This document shows positions 49,051 to 59,441 of a stretch of 64,000 bases of DNA, in pieces. The notes beneath the pieces are model-generated. The model saw only the letters and a list, made by a program, of their open reading frames with translations. It searched no databases and was not told where the DNA came from. The translations under genes were made by a program, and so were the position numbers. Where the stretch lies: contig QPMI01000085.1 in NCBI GenBank assembly GCA_004431415.1, positions 131,166-195,165 of the forward strand. Reading direction: 5' to 3'. How positions within the stretch are numbered: the stretch's first letter is position 1; the number at the start of each line of letters is the position of its first letter. The DNA comes from Cyanophora paradoxa CCMP329. Its lineage: Eukaryota; Plantae; Glaucophyta.

Positions 49051-49854
49051 TCAGAGGCCGTTGAACTTGCCGCCCACCGCCTTGGGCTCCGCCGCCGTCG
49101 AGGCCGCCGCCTCCGTCACCTCCTTCATCATCTCCGGGTTCGCGTTGGCCGCGTGCACCGCCAGCACCGTCTGCACCAGGGCCATCCCCAGGCGCGCCTC
49201 GGGCCCCAGGGTCACGTAGCGCGAGTACTTGATCACCAGCTCCTCCAGGATCGGCTGCACCTGGTCCATCGAAGAGAGCGTCGCCTGCCCGAGCCCGTCG
49301 AGCTTCAGGCCGATCGGATCGTACGCCTTGTTCAGGTGCTCCAGCGAGTGCATGCCCGCGATCAGAAAGAGGCGCGCCGCCTCCAGCGAACCCCGCGTGC
49401 TCAGCTCGCGCTGAATCTCCTCGTACTCTTCCTTCAGCTCGTCCAGCGGCGTCGCCAGGCTCAGCTTCTTCGTGGACGTAAGCTCGCCCCCGAACGAGCG
49501 CCGGTACTGCGCGATCTGCCGCAGAACCTGCTTCTTCTCGTCCACGTCCACCTGCGCCTCGTCCCGCGGCCGCTCCTGCAGGTCGATTCCCAGCGCCTTT
49601 TTCACGCTCTGCTCCTTCTTCTTCGTCATTTCGATGTGCTCCTGCACGCTGAAGCTCGCGCCCTTGCTCGGCGCCGTCGGCGGCACCGCGGGCCCGTCGC
49701 CCGGCAGCGCCATCCTGTCGGCCTTCGGCGCCTTCTCCCCCTTTTCCTTGCCCTCCTTCGCGGGGCGGCCCTTCTTCCGGGGCTGCGGGATTCCCACGGG
49801 GTTCGGCCCGTCCACGGCCAGCGCCTCGAAGCCAAGCATCGCCGAGGGGTCCAT
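49051..49854 (-). CDS. Conserved NCLDV-type protein (DUF5767-like)
   Basis: LDELKEEYEEI...LEHLNKAYDPIGLKLDGL...ILEELVIKY...GPEARL...H..N resembles the E.LN..YDPF..LDG...EEL..KY...PE..L pattern of a widespread giant-virus family. Confidence 0.6.
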   Translation of the reverse strand: MDPSAMLGFEALAVDGPNPVGIPQPRKKGRPAKEGKEKGEKAPKADRMALPGDGPAVPPTAPSKGASFSVQEHIEMTKKKEQSVKKALGIDLQERPRDEAQVDVDEKKQVLRQIAQYRRSFGGELTSTKKLSLATPLDELKEEYEEIQRELSTRGSLEAARLFLIAGMHSLEHLNKAYDPIGLKLDGLGQATLSSMDQVQPILEELVIKYSRYVTLGPEARLGMALVQTVLAVHAANANPEMMKEVTEAAASTAAEPKAVGGKFNGL

Positions 49855-49883
49855 CCTTTACGCCTGCCCCTTAGAAATATTTT

Positions 49884-50213
49884 TCACTCCGAGGTCAGCT
49901 CGACGAAGAGCTCGATGTAAAGCCAGAGCTTTTCGCGCAGCTCGGGCCCGCTGCCGTAGAATAGCGAGCGCACGGCCGAGGCGTACTCCTGCGGCAGCCT
50001 CTCGAAAACCGAGTCGTCCTTCGCCTTGATCAATTCCGCCTCCGCGTTGATGTGCCTCCTGAACAGAACGATGACCGCCGTGGCCCCGATGCCGCGCAGC
50101 GACTGGATCTGCGCCCGCACCCCGGGCTCCTTGGCCTCCGGCTCCAGCAGGTCGAGGAAGCGGCCCCAGCGCGCCTCGATCTGCTCGCCCAGCGTCGCCT
50201 CCGTCGCTGCCAT
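49884..50213 (-). CDS. Small helical NCLDV-type hypothetical protein
   Basis: 109 aa with IKAKDDSVF...KLWLYIELFVEL pattern; upstream atttctga motif. Confidence 0.65.
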   Translation of the reverse strand: MAATEATLGEQIEARWGRFLDLLEPEAKEPGVRAQIQSLRGIGATAVIVLFRRHINAEAELIKAKDDSVFERLPQEYASAVRSLFYGSGPELREKLWLYIELFVELTSE

Positions 50214-50235
50214 GTGCTCGCGTGGGCCTCAGAAA

Positions 50236-51359
50236 TTACTGACCGGGTCGGAGGGCCCGGGCTGCTAGGTCGTACATCTCCGCCTTCCGGGCGTTCGTTT
50301 CCGCGAGCATGGTAATCTGACTGTTCTCCGTGTTCCGGACGAGGGCCTGGAAGGCTGTCTGAATTGCAGTCTGCGATGCTTCGGACATACCGGCCACCGT
50401 CCCCTTGCACGGAGCGCTTCCATGCGCCCTTTCTCGAACGGCGTGGCAAGCTGGTTGCTCTGCAGCGCAGGGAGCGGGTTGACGACGCGGGGCAGCAGGT
50501 TCTGGTCCGCGTAAGGCGTGGCCGTGGGCAGGGCCGGGCCGCGCGTCCCCGGCTGATCGAGGAGCATCGCCCCGAACGGATTGCCCCGGCTGAAGTCCAC
50601 GTCGTTGCGGCCGTAGGGCTTGTTGACGGCGCTGCTGATGTTGGCCGTCTGCGCGTTGAACATGGGCGATAGATCGGGGGTGTAGCCCGCGCGCAGCCCC
50701 TGGGGGTTCGCCTCCGTCTGCCCGTAGCGGCCGGCCGGCCCGAGCAGGTTCTCCTTCTCGATCTCTTCCATCGTCTTGATCCAGCCGCGCTCGCGCGCCC
50801 ACTTCATGACGAGATCGTCGTAGTTCATCGGGAAGAAAACCTTCTGATACTTGTCGAAGCGCTGAATTTCGATATCCTGCTCGATCATGTTCGTAATTCG
50901 CTCCAGCAGCTCGGGGTAATATTCCTCGAGCATTTTGGCGACGCCCGGCTGCTTCAGGTCGAAGGCCGTCATCGCCCACTGGTCGAAATCGCGAATCATG
51001 ATTTCCTTCCGCAGGCTGAACGCGTTCTCCACGTCCTCCTCGTTGATCGTGCGACCGGGGTTCGCGTTCTGCAGCTGCTGTCGGATGCCCATGCGCATCA
51101 GCTTCTCCATCGAGGGCGTGTACTTCATCGCGGGCAGGGTCTTCGTTTCCCCCCCGCTGAGCCCCAGGCCCCGCGCCTTATCCTCGGGCGTGTAGATGTC
51201 CGCCTTCGTCCCATCTACGACGGGCACCTCGGGCATAATCGTGCCCGGAAGGTACTTGTTCACGATGCCGTCCATGTCGGCCTTCAGGTCGTTCTTCAGC
51301 GACTGGCGCTGCTTCTTAGAGCCCTCCCCAATGTCCATCATAGAGTGGCCCTTCGTCAT
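50236..51359 (-). CDS. Viral protein with F..W...P...E...PMN..D domain (1-bp frameshift near 50403 in this arm)
   Basis: ORF 50265-51359. The mirror arm has an extra G that restores the C-terminus ...RARGTVAGMSEASQ...RPGQ-stop. Confidence 0.7.
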
Positions 51360-51438
51360 CGTGCCTCGGTTAGGATCCCAGTGGGAAAATTTATTGGTTC
51401 ACATCGGCCTACCAAGCACACCCTGGCTAACAAGCACT

Positions 51439-52812
51439 CTAGTGGAAGCGGCGGTAGGCGCCGCCGTTGGTGAAGGTGATCTCGTTGTAGTAGCGGCAGT
51501 AGATGTCGGCCACGGGCTTGGCCTCCGACGTGTAGGTCTTGAGCGTGGTGAGCGTGAGCTCGATGGTCTTGAAGGCGCCCATGTCGAGGCCGCCGAACAT
51601 CTTGGTGTTGTCGGCCACGTCCGTGCCGAAGGGGAGCGAGTAGATGAACTCCGTCCCGAACTGGCCCACGTTGCGGGGCTGGATGTCGCTGCTGTGCCCG
51701 TCGTGGGTCGCGAGGGTCGTGGGGGGCGTGTCGTTGCCCGACCACGGGTGCGGGTGCAGCGCGTCGGCCACGTCGGCCGCCGCCGTCCCGTCCATCGAGG
51801 TCACGCCCCGCAGCAGCTCGAGGTGCTTGCGCGCGGGGGCGTGCGTGTGCTCCTTGTGCGCGATGGCCGTGCGCAAAAAGTGCGCGTCGTGGTTCGAGCT
51901 GTCGAGCACCTTGATGTTGTCGCACTTCAGCTCGATCTTGTCGAGCGGGCGGAAGCGCCAGAAGTGCTCGCCGTTGTCGGTGTGCGGCTTGTCGCGCACC
52001 ACGATGATCAGCTCGTAGCAGATTCCGGTGAACGGCAGGCGGATGGCCTTGCCCGACTCGAACGAGACGTGGTAGTGCTGCACGTACTTGCCGGCCCACG
52101 TGAACGAGTTCGGGTGCAGCGCCAGCTCGCGCGAGTCGATGTGCACGTAGCGCAGGATGAGCTTGGTGTCCAGGCTGACGGTGCTCGTCAGGTTGGTGTT
52201 GGTGTGCAGGCCGCCGTCCACGTACGAGGCCGTGATCTCCTTCTGCGAGGCGTAGGTGATCTGCAGCTTCATGTCGTTTCCGGAGCAGCGGAGCTTGTGG
52301 AGCGGCACGGCGAACTTTCGACCGTGGCCCGTCGCGATGCGAATCGGTATGTACAGCGTGTTCGGGGCCTTGCCCCGGCGGCGCAGCGGCTGGTGCGCCC
52401 AGAGGTTGTTCACCATGTCGACGTGCTGGACGACGGACTTGTCGTCCTCGAACTCGCCGTAGATGGCGTCGTGGTGGCCGTTGTACTCGTGGATCAGCTG
52501 TGCGCCCACGAAGATCTTCACCGTCTTGAGCAGCACGTAGCCGGCCTTCGGGATGTAGAAGTGGTCCGCGTTCGTCAGCGCCGGCAGCGTCACCTTGAGC
52601 CAGGAGTCGTTGAACATCGGCGCCGAGTGCGGGATGACGATGTCGACGGTCTGGCTGAAGCTCACGCCCGACTGCACGGGGCTCACCTCGAGCACCTCGT
52701 CCACGAACGGCATCGCCGTGTCAAAGGTCTCGTGCACGTGCACCGACGCGTCGGAGCTGCGCAGCGAGTGGTGCAGGGCGGTCGTGGGGGTGGAGATGAG
52801 CGCGGAAGCCAT
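51439..52812 (-). CDS. Major capsid protein, NCLDV-type double jelly-roll
   Basis: 457 aa. N-terminal FSQTVDIVIP...WLKVTLP...GYVLLKTVKIFVGAQLI...LYIPI...AVPL; C-terminal IYSLPF...GGLDM...YCRYYNEITFTNGG. Parallels the Capsid_N/Capsid_NCLDV motif order. Confidence 0.88.
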   Translation of the reverse strand: MASALISTPTTALHHSLRSSDASVHVHETFDTAMPFVDEVLEVSPVQSGVSFSQTVDIVIPHSAPMFNDSWLKVTLPALTNADHFYIPKAGYVLLKTVKIFVGAQLIHEYNGHHDAIYGEFEDDKSVVQHVDMVNNLWAHQPLRRRGKAPNTLYIPIRIATGHGRKFAVPLHKLRCSGNDMKLQITYASQKEITASYVDGGLHTNTNLTSTVSLDTKLILRYVHIDSRELALHPNSFTWAGKYVQHYHVSFESGKAIRLPFTGICYELIIVVRDKPHTDNGEHFWRFRPLDKIELKCDNIKVLDSSNHDAHFLRTAIAHKEHTHAPARKHLELLRGVTSMDGTAAADVADALHPHPWSGNDTPPTTLATHDGHSSDIQPRNVGQFGTEFIYSLPFGTDVADNTKMFGGLDMGAFKTIELTLTTLKTYTSEAKPVADIYCRYYNEITFTNGGAYRRFH

Positions 52813-52854
52813 GGTGGTTTAGGGGTGCGTTGAGAAAATTTTTTGGGTGGACGC

Positions 52855-54827
52855 CTACGTTATTAGAGAGCGCGCCCCCCGTCTCGCTAGGTCCGCGTCG
52901 TACGCCTTCTTGCGGAGTGCGTCCGTGATCGCAGACCAGTCGCGTGTGCCGTTAAGATAACCCAGGGCAAGTCCTTGGCCCAACATGAAGTAACGCTCTG
53001 GATCCAAGTTCATGAGTTGCTGGGCCCGCTCCTCTACGCGCCGCACACGCTCCATAAAGGGGCCCTTTGCCGCAGATCCGAGCGGGTCCGCTTCTCGCTC
53101 AGCTTCGAAGAATTTCACGACATCCCCGCCCAGGTCCGAAATATCACGGTGCTGCTCTGCTATCCGTGCCTGTGCCTTGTTGACTCCAGCTGCCTGGGCA
53201 TGGGCTATCGATGCCAGTTGGTTGTAATCGATTTCTTCTGCAAGGTATTTCGCAACGGCGGCGTCCCCTGCAGCGCGCGCGATTTCGGGCGATACGCTCA
53301 CAAGGAATCCCTCCCGGCGAGCCCGATTGGCCGCGCGCTCCGCTTCCGTCTCCTCGTCCATGGGATCGTCTGGACTGGCTGGATTGCCTGGAGCACCGGA
53401 GCGAAGTTTCTTCAGCAGCCCCGCACGGCGAGCTTCTGTCGCCTCTTTCACCTTCTTGGCGGCCAGTTCAAGCGCATCGTTTACGTCCATGGTCGCATAC
53501 CCGGGTCTCCGCCCCATATCCTTGTACGCGGCCCTGCGCTTGTCCATGGCTTCCTTCTCGTGCGGGGACGAGGGGGCGATTTCTATCCCCGCGTTTGCGA
53601 GTTGAGCCTGGACGGCGACGGGCACCTGCTCGAGCACGGCCCTTGCCGCCGCAACAGCCACCGCCTCGGCCGCCACCACCTCTGGCGGGCGCGAGGGCCC
53701 CGCCTGCGGCTCGGGTGGCGGCGGGGGCGGCGGTGGGGGTGGAGGCGGGGGCTGCTGCTCCGCTGGGGGTGCGGACGGCCTGGCCACCGTGTCCGGGGCT
53801 GCGAGGGGCCGGGCTGCGGCGCCAGCGGGGGCGTCTTCGGCCCGGGCGGCGCTGGCGGCGCTGGCGGCGCTGGTGGCCCCGGCGGCGGCGGAGCCCCCCC
53901 TTCGTCGTCGGACTCGATCATTTCGTCCCTGGGTTCCTTGGACGGTAGGGCCTTCTGAATGAGGGCCTCGCGCGCGCCCTTGCCCGCCTTGATTGCTCTG
54001 CCCATGGCCGCCTCCGGGAAACTGGCCTCGATGGCCTCGTTGTCCCCGTCCGTGATGCGCACCTTCTGCTCGCGGCGGGCCTTGATGTACTTTTCCTTGT
54101 CCATCCGCTTCTTCGCCCGTCGCCTCTCCCTGGGCACGTCGCGCTGGCGGCTCTCGTCCGGCCCCGGCCCCTCGCTGTCCGAGCTCGAGGGCGGCTCGGC
54201 CTGGGCGAAGGGCTGGCGCGTGTTGCGGTTCGCGTAGTCGGGGTCGTACCTCCCGCCGATCAGCTCCTCGGGCTTCTTGTTCTCGCGCGCGTAGATGCTC
54301 GTGGGCTTGAACTCCTCGCCGTTGATGATGTACTTGTAGTAGTAGTACGCGTCCTCGAGGTTCATCGGCCCCAGCGTCTCGAGGCGCTTCTTGCGCTTCA
54401 GGAATTCGGTGATCTGATCCTCCTTCGACTTGCAGAACTCCCGCACGCCCGGCAGCACCGTCAGGTTCTTGCCGTCCACGTCGCAGGCGCCCGCCCCCTT
54501 GGCCTTCAGGTTCGCGGTGAAGGCCGACTGGCCCATCAGCCAGGCGCGGAAGCCCTCCTCGTACTCCTCGTCGAGGCTCGACTCCATCTGCTGGAACTTG
54601 TTGATGTAGTACGCGTTGGCGATGGCCTGCGCCTCCACCTCGGCGAGCTTGTCCGATTGATCGCGCTCCTCGAACCGAATTTCCGGCGTGGCCCTCGCCA
54701 GCGCCGTCTTCATCAGCTGCTGAAAGTGTGCGTACTTGTCGCTCTCGAAGGGCGTGATGTGCGAGTCCCCGCCCCCCGGGATCGCGAGCACGTTGCGCGG
54801 CGCGAAACGCGAGGCGAGCCCCCTCAT
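52855..54827 (-). CDS. Large viral protein (~655 aa) with N-terminal PMN..D domain and Pro-rich linker; split here by a 1-bp deletion near 53795
   Basis: ORFs 53583-54833 and 52855-53787 join in frame if the 5-C run seen in the mirror arm (58456-58460) is used. The ATG overlaps the upstream stop (ATGA). Confidence 0.7.
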
Positions 54828-55102
54828 TTGCACTTCTTAGGAGCCGGCTTTGAAATTTTATCGGTCTTGGCCTTGTCTTCCTTCCCGTCCTTCTTCTCGG
54901 CCCCCTTCTTCCCCTGCTTCGTCGGGCGCATCGCCACGAATATTTCGCCGGGCGAGACGTCCTCGTACAGCGGCTTCGGTCCCTTAGGAAATTCGGGCGG
55001 CCCCTTCAGCTTCTCCTTCGCCTCCTTCACCTCGGCCTTGGTGGGCCGCTCCTGCCCGTTCGTGGGCGCCTTTTTCGCGGGCTTCTTCTGCGCCTCCGGC
55101 AT
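54824..55102 (-). CDS. Viral small Lys-rich basic protein
   Basis: 92 aa, highly Lys-rich; upstream tttttctg motif. Confidence 0.7.
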   Translation of the reverse strand: MPEAQKKPAKKAPTNGQERPTKAEVKEAKEKLKGPPEFPKGPKPLYEDVSPGEIFVAMRPTKQGKKGAEKKDGKEDKAKTDKISKPAPKKCK

Positions 55103-55104
55103 GT

Positions 55105-55441
55105 TTACCCATCACCAGAAAAATATGGGTTGGCGCCCCGTACGTCTCGGGGAACTGCCTCTCCCACCTGCGCATGGCCGCGTCCCTCTGGTCGTCGAAG
55201 CTACGGTAGGCCGCGGCCCTCTGCCCATCACGATTTGCCAGAGCCGTGCACGGACCTCGTCCTGCAGTCTGTACACCCAATCGCGAATGTTCTCGACGAT
55301 ATCCGTCGGCAGCGTGGCCAACCCCGCCTTGATCTCGGGTACATCCGTGGGATCCTCTTCGAGCGTAAGCTTCTGCATGCGAGCGCGCAGCATCTCAATT
55401 TGCGTATCGATTGGGGCCCAATAAGGGATAGATCGAGACAT
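55105..55441 (-). CDS. Viral hypothetical protein (frameshifted in this arm)
   Basis: Starts MSRSIPYWAPIDTQIEMLR. The mirror copy 56819-57157 reads through the first frameshift. Confidence 0.6.
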
Positions 55442-55506
55442 CGGGGTACGGGGTCACTGAGAAATAACACTGGGTCGGAAGAGGAGGTACCCCACCAGGA
55501 TCCCCG

Positions 55507-55716
55507 CTATAATCCAGAGGGGCGACCAGTCGCGCTCCGCCGGCGCGCCCCGGGCGTCACCATCAGCTGCCCCGCCCCGGGCCTGCGCAGGCCGTGCGTG
55601 CGGTGGTCCGCCCAGTGCGGGCGCGGGAACTGCTCCTGCGGCATGCGCTCGGGGTAGATGCCGTCGAATCGGTTCTGCATTTGGTACATGTCCCTATCGA
55701 ACAGCAGGGAGGCCAT
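55507..55716 (-). CDS. Viral small hypothetical protein
   Basis: 69 aa, identical in both arms; upstream atttctaagtcc motif. Confidence 0.6.
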   Translation of the reverse strand: MASLLFDRDMYQMQNRFDGIYPERMPQEQFPRPHWADHRTHGLRRPGAGQLMVTPGARRRSATGRPSGL

Positions 55717-57434
55717 TTCTCAATTTGGGGAGGGACTTAGAAATACTGCCCGTGAGCTCCCTGTCGCGGATCCTGCGAAAATCCGCGAAGAGCCCGCGCG
55801 CGCAGCGCCTGCAGACGAGGCGGGCCCGCCCGCCACGCGCGCCACCGAGATCTCGTGGCCGAACTGCAGGTGGCCCGGGAAGCAGGTGGGGGGTAGTCGC
55901 AGACGAAGCAGTGGCAGGGGCAGTTGCGCCGCCGGATCACATCTGAATTGCAATCGCGGGCTCGCTCGCCGCCTTCCTCGGCGCGCGCTGGCGCTTGGGC
56001 TGGGCCTCGAGCGGGCTCGGGTCGCCCTCCGCGGGGCCGCCTTGGCCTTCTGCCGGGGCGCCGCGGGGGCTTCGGGGCCGTAGGGGCTGCCGGTGCCTGG
56101 CTCGAGCCGGCGGCCGGCCAGCGGCGTCGGTCACCTGCGGCGCTGCGGCGGCGGGCTCGAGCCAGGCACCGGCAGCCCCTACGGCCCCGAAGCCCCCGCG
56201 GCGCCCCGGCAGAAGGCCAAGGCGGCCCCCGCGGAGGGCGACCCGAGCCCGCTCGAGGCCCAGCCCAAGCGCCAGCGCGCGCCGAGGAAGGCGGCGAGCG
56301 AGCCCGCGATTGCAATTCAGATGTGATCCGGCGGCGCAACTGCCCCTGCCACTGCTTCGTCTGCGACTACCCCCCACCTGCTTCCCGGCCACCTGCAGTT
56401 CGGCCACGAGATCTCGGTGGCGCGCGTGGGCGGGCGGGCCCGCCTCGTCTGCAGGCGCTGCGCGCGCGGGCTCTTCGCGGATTTTCGCAGGATCCGCGAC
56501 AGGGAGCTCACGGGCAGTATTTCTAAGTCCTCCCAAATTGAGAAATGGCCTCCCTGCTGTTCGATAGGGACATGTACCAAATGCAGAACCGATTCGACGG
56601 CATCTACCCCGAGCGCATGCCGCAGGAGCAGTTCCCGCGCCCGCACTGGGCGGACCACCGCACGCACGGCCTGCGCAGGCCCGGGGCGGGGCAGCTGATG
56701 GTGACGCCCGGGGCGCGCCGGCGGAGCGCGACTGGTCGCCCCTCTGGATTATAGCGGGGATCCTGGTGGGGTACCTCCTCTTCCGACCCAGTGTTATTTC
56801 TCAGTGACCCCGTACCCGATGTCTCGATCTATCCCTTATTGGGCCCCAATCGATACGCAAATTGAGATGCTGCGCGCTCGCATGCAGAAGCTTACGCTCG
56901 AAGAGGATCCCACGGATGTACCCGAGATCAAGGCGGGGTTGGCCACGCTGCCGACGGATATCGTCGAGAACATTCGCGATTGGGTGTACAGACTGCAGGA
57001 CGAGGTCCGTGCACGGCTCTGGCAAATCGTGATGGGGCAGAGGGCCGCGGCCTACCGTAGCTTCGACGACCAGAGGGACGCGGCCATGCGCAGGTGGGAG
57101 AGGCAGTTCCCCGAGACGTACGGGGGCGCCAACCCATATTTTTCTGGTGATGGGTAAACATGCCGGAGGCGCAGAAGAAGCCCGCGAAAAAGGCGCCCAC
57201 GAACGGGCAGGAGCGGCCCACCAAGGCCGAGGTGAAGGAGGCGAAGGAGAAGCTGAAGGGGCCGCCCGAATTTCCTAAGGGACCGAAGCCGCTGTACGAG
57301 GACGTCTCGCCCGGCGAAATATTCGTGGCGATGCGCCCGACGAAGCAGGGGAAGAAGGGGGCCGAGAAGAAGGACGGGAAGGAAGACAAGGCCAAGACCG
57401 ATAAAATTTCAAAGCCGGCTCCTAAGAAGTGCAA

Positions 57435-59399
57435 ATGAGGGGGCTCGCCTCGCGTTTCGCGCCGCGCAACGTGCTCGCGATCCCGGGGGGCGGGGACTCG
57501 CACATCACGCCCTTCGAGAGCGACAAGTACGCACACTTTCAGCAGCTGATGAAGACGGCGCTGGCGAGGGCCACGCCGGAAATTCGGTTCGAGGAGCGCG
57601 ATCAATCGGACAAGCTCGCCGAGGTGGAGGCGCAGGCCATCGCCAACGCGTACTACATCAACAAGTTCCAGCAGATGGAGTCGAGCCTCGACGAGGAGTA
57701 CGAGGAGGGCTTCCGCGCCTGGCTGATGGGCCAGTCGGCCTTCACCGCGAACCTGAAGGCCAAGGGGGCGGGCGCCTGCGACGTGGACGGCAAGAACCTG
57801 ACGGTGCTGCCGGCGTGCGGGAGTTCTGCAAGTCGAAGGAGGATCAGATCACCGAATTCCTGAAGCGCAAGAAGCGCCTCGAGACGCTGGGGCCGATGAA
57901 CCTCGAGGACGCGTACTACTACTACAAGTACATCATCAACGGCGAGGAGTTCAAGCCCACGAGCATCTACGCGCGCGAGAACAAGAAGCCCGAGGAGCTG
58001 ATCGGAGGGAGGTACGACCCCGACTACGCGAACCGCAACACGCGCCAGCCCTTCGCCCAGGCCGAGCCGCCCTCGAGCTCGGACAGCGAGGGCCGGGCCG
58101 GACGAGAGCCGCCAGCGCGACGTGCCCAGGGAGAGGCGACGGCGAAGAAGCGGATGGACAAGGAAAGTACATCAAGGCCCGCCGCGAGCAGAAGGTGCGC
58201 ATCACGGACGGGACAACGAGGCCATCGAGGCCAGTTTCCCGGAGGCGGCCATGGGCAGAGCAATCAAGGCGGGCAAGGGCGCGCGCGAGGCCCTCATTCA
58301 GAAGGCCCTACCGTCCAAGGAACCCAGGGACGAAATGATCGAGTCCGACGACGAAGGGGGGCTCCGCCGCCGCCGGGCCACCAGCGCCGCCAGCGCCGCC
58401 AGCGCCGCCCGGGCCGAAGACGCCCCCGCTGGCGCCGCAGCCCGGCCCCTCGCAGCCCCCGGACACGGTGGCCAGGCCGTCCGCACCCCCAGCGGAGCAG
58501 CAGCCCCCGCCTCCACCCCCACCGCCGCCCCCGCCGCCACCCGAGCCGCAGGCGGGGCCCTCGCGCCCGCCAGAGGTGGTGGCGGCCGAGGCGGTGGCTG
58601 TTGCGGCGGCAAGGGCCGTGCTCGAGCAGGTGCCCGTCGCCGTCCAGGCTCAACTCGCAAACGCGGGGATAGAAATCGCCCCCTCGTCCCCGCACGAGAA
58701 GGAAGCCATGGACAAGCGCAGGGCCGCGTACAAGGATATGGGGCGGAGACCCGGGTATGCGACCATGGACGTAAACGATGCGCTTGAACTGGCCGCCAAG
58801 AAGGTGAAAGAGGCGACAGAAGCTCGCCGTGCGGGGCTGCTGAAGAAACTTCGCTCCGGTGCTCCAGGCAATCCAGCCAGTCCAGACGATCCCATGGACG
58901 AGGAGACGGAAGCGGAGCGCGCGGCCAATCGGGCTCGCCGGGAGGGATTCCTTGTGAGCGTATCGCCCGAAATCGCGCGCGCTGCAGGGGACGCCGCCGT
59001 TGCGAAATACCTTGCAGAAGAAATCGATTACAACCAACTGGCATCGATAGCCCATGCCCAGGCAGCTGGAGTCAACAAGGCACAGGCACGGATAGCAGAG
59101 CAGCACCGTGATATTTCGGACCTGGGCGGGGATGTCGTGAAATTCTTCGAAGCTGAGCGAGAAGCGGACCCGCTCGGATCTGCGGCAAAGGGCCCTTTAT
59201 GGAGCGTGTGCGGCGCGTAGAGGAGCGGGCCCAGCAACTCATGAACTTGGATCCAGAGCGTTACTTCATGTTGGGCCAAGGACTTGCCCTGGGTTATCTT
59301 AACGGCACACGCGACTGGTCTGCGATCACGGACGCACTCCGCAAGAAGGCGTACGACGCGGACCTAGCGAGACGGGGGGCGCGCTCTCTAATAACGTAG
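57435..59399 (+). pseudogene. Mirror copy of the 52855-54827 gene, frameshifted
   Basis: Same peptides, spread over several frames. Confidence 0.75.
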
Positions 59400-59441
59400 G
59401 CGTCCACCCAAAAAATTTTCTCAACGCACCCCTAAACCACC

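Noticed and set aside
55737-55945. Small CxxC...CxxC zinc-finger ORF near the fold
   Set aside because: It is only obtained by combining frames from both error-prone arms, so it cannot be delimited reliably.
33400-56130. Polinton/Maverick or virophage assignment
   Set aside because: No pPolB, retroviral integrase, tyrosine recombinase or cysteine protease is visible, and the MCP motifs follow the NCLDV pattern. No TIR or TSD could be identified at the left border.
56109-56153. Genuine covalently closed hairpin telomere, or a leftover sequencing adapter
   Set aside because: The turn lies within coding sequence, is GC-rich and error-laden, and matches no adapter I recognise. It cannot be called a telomere from this sequence.
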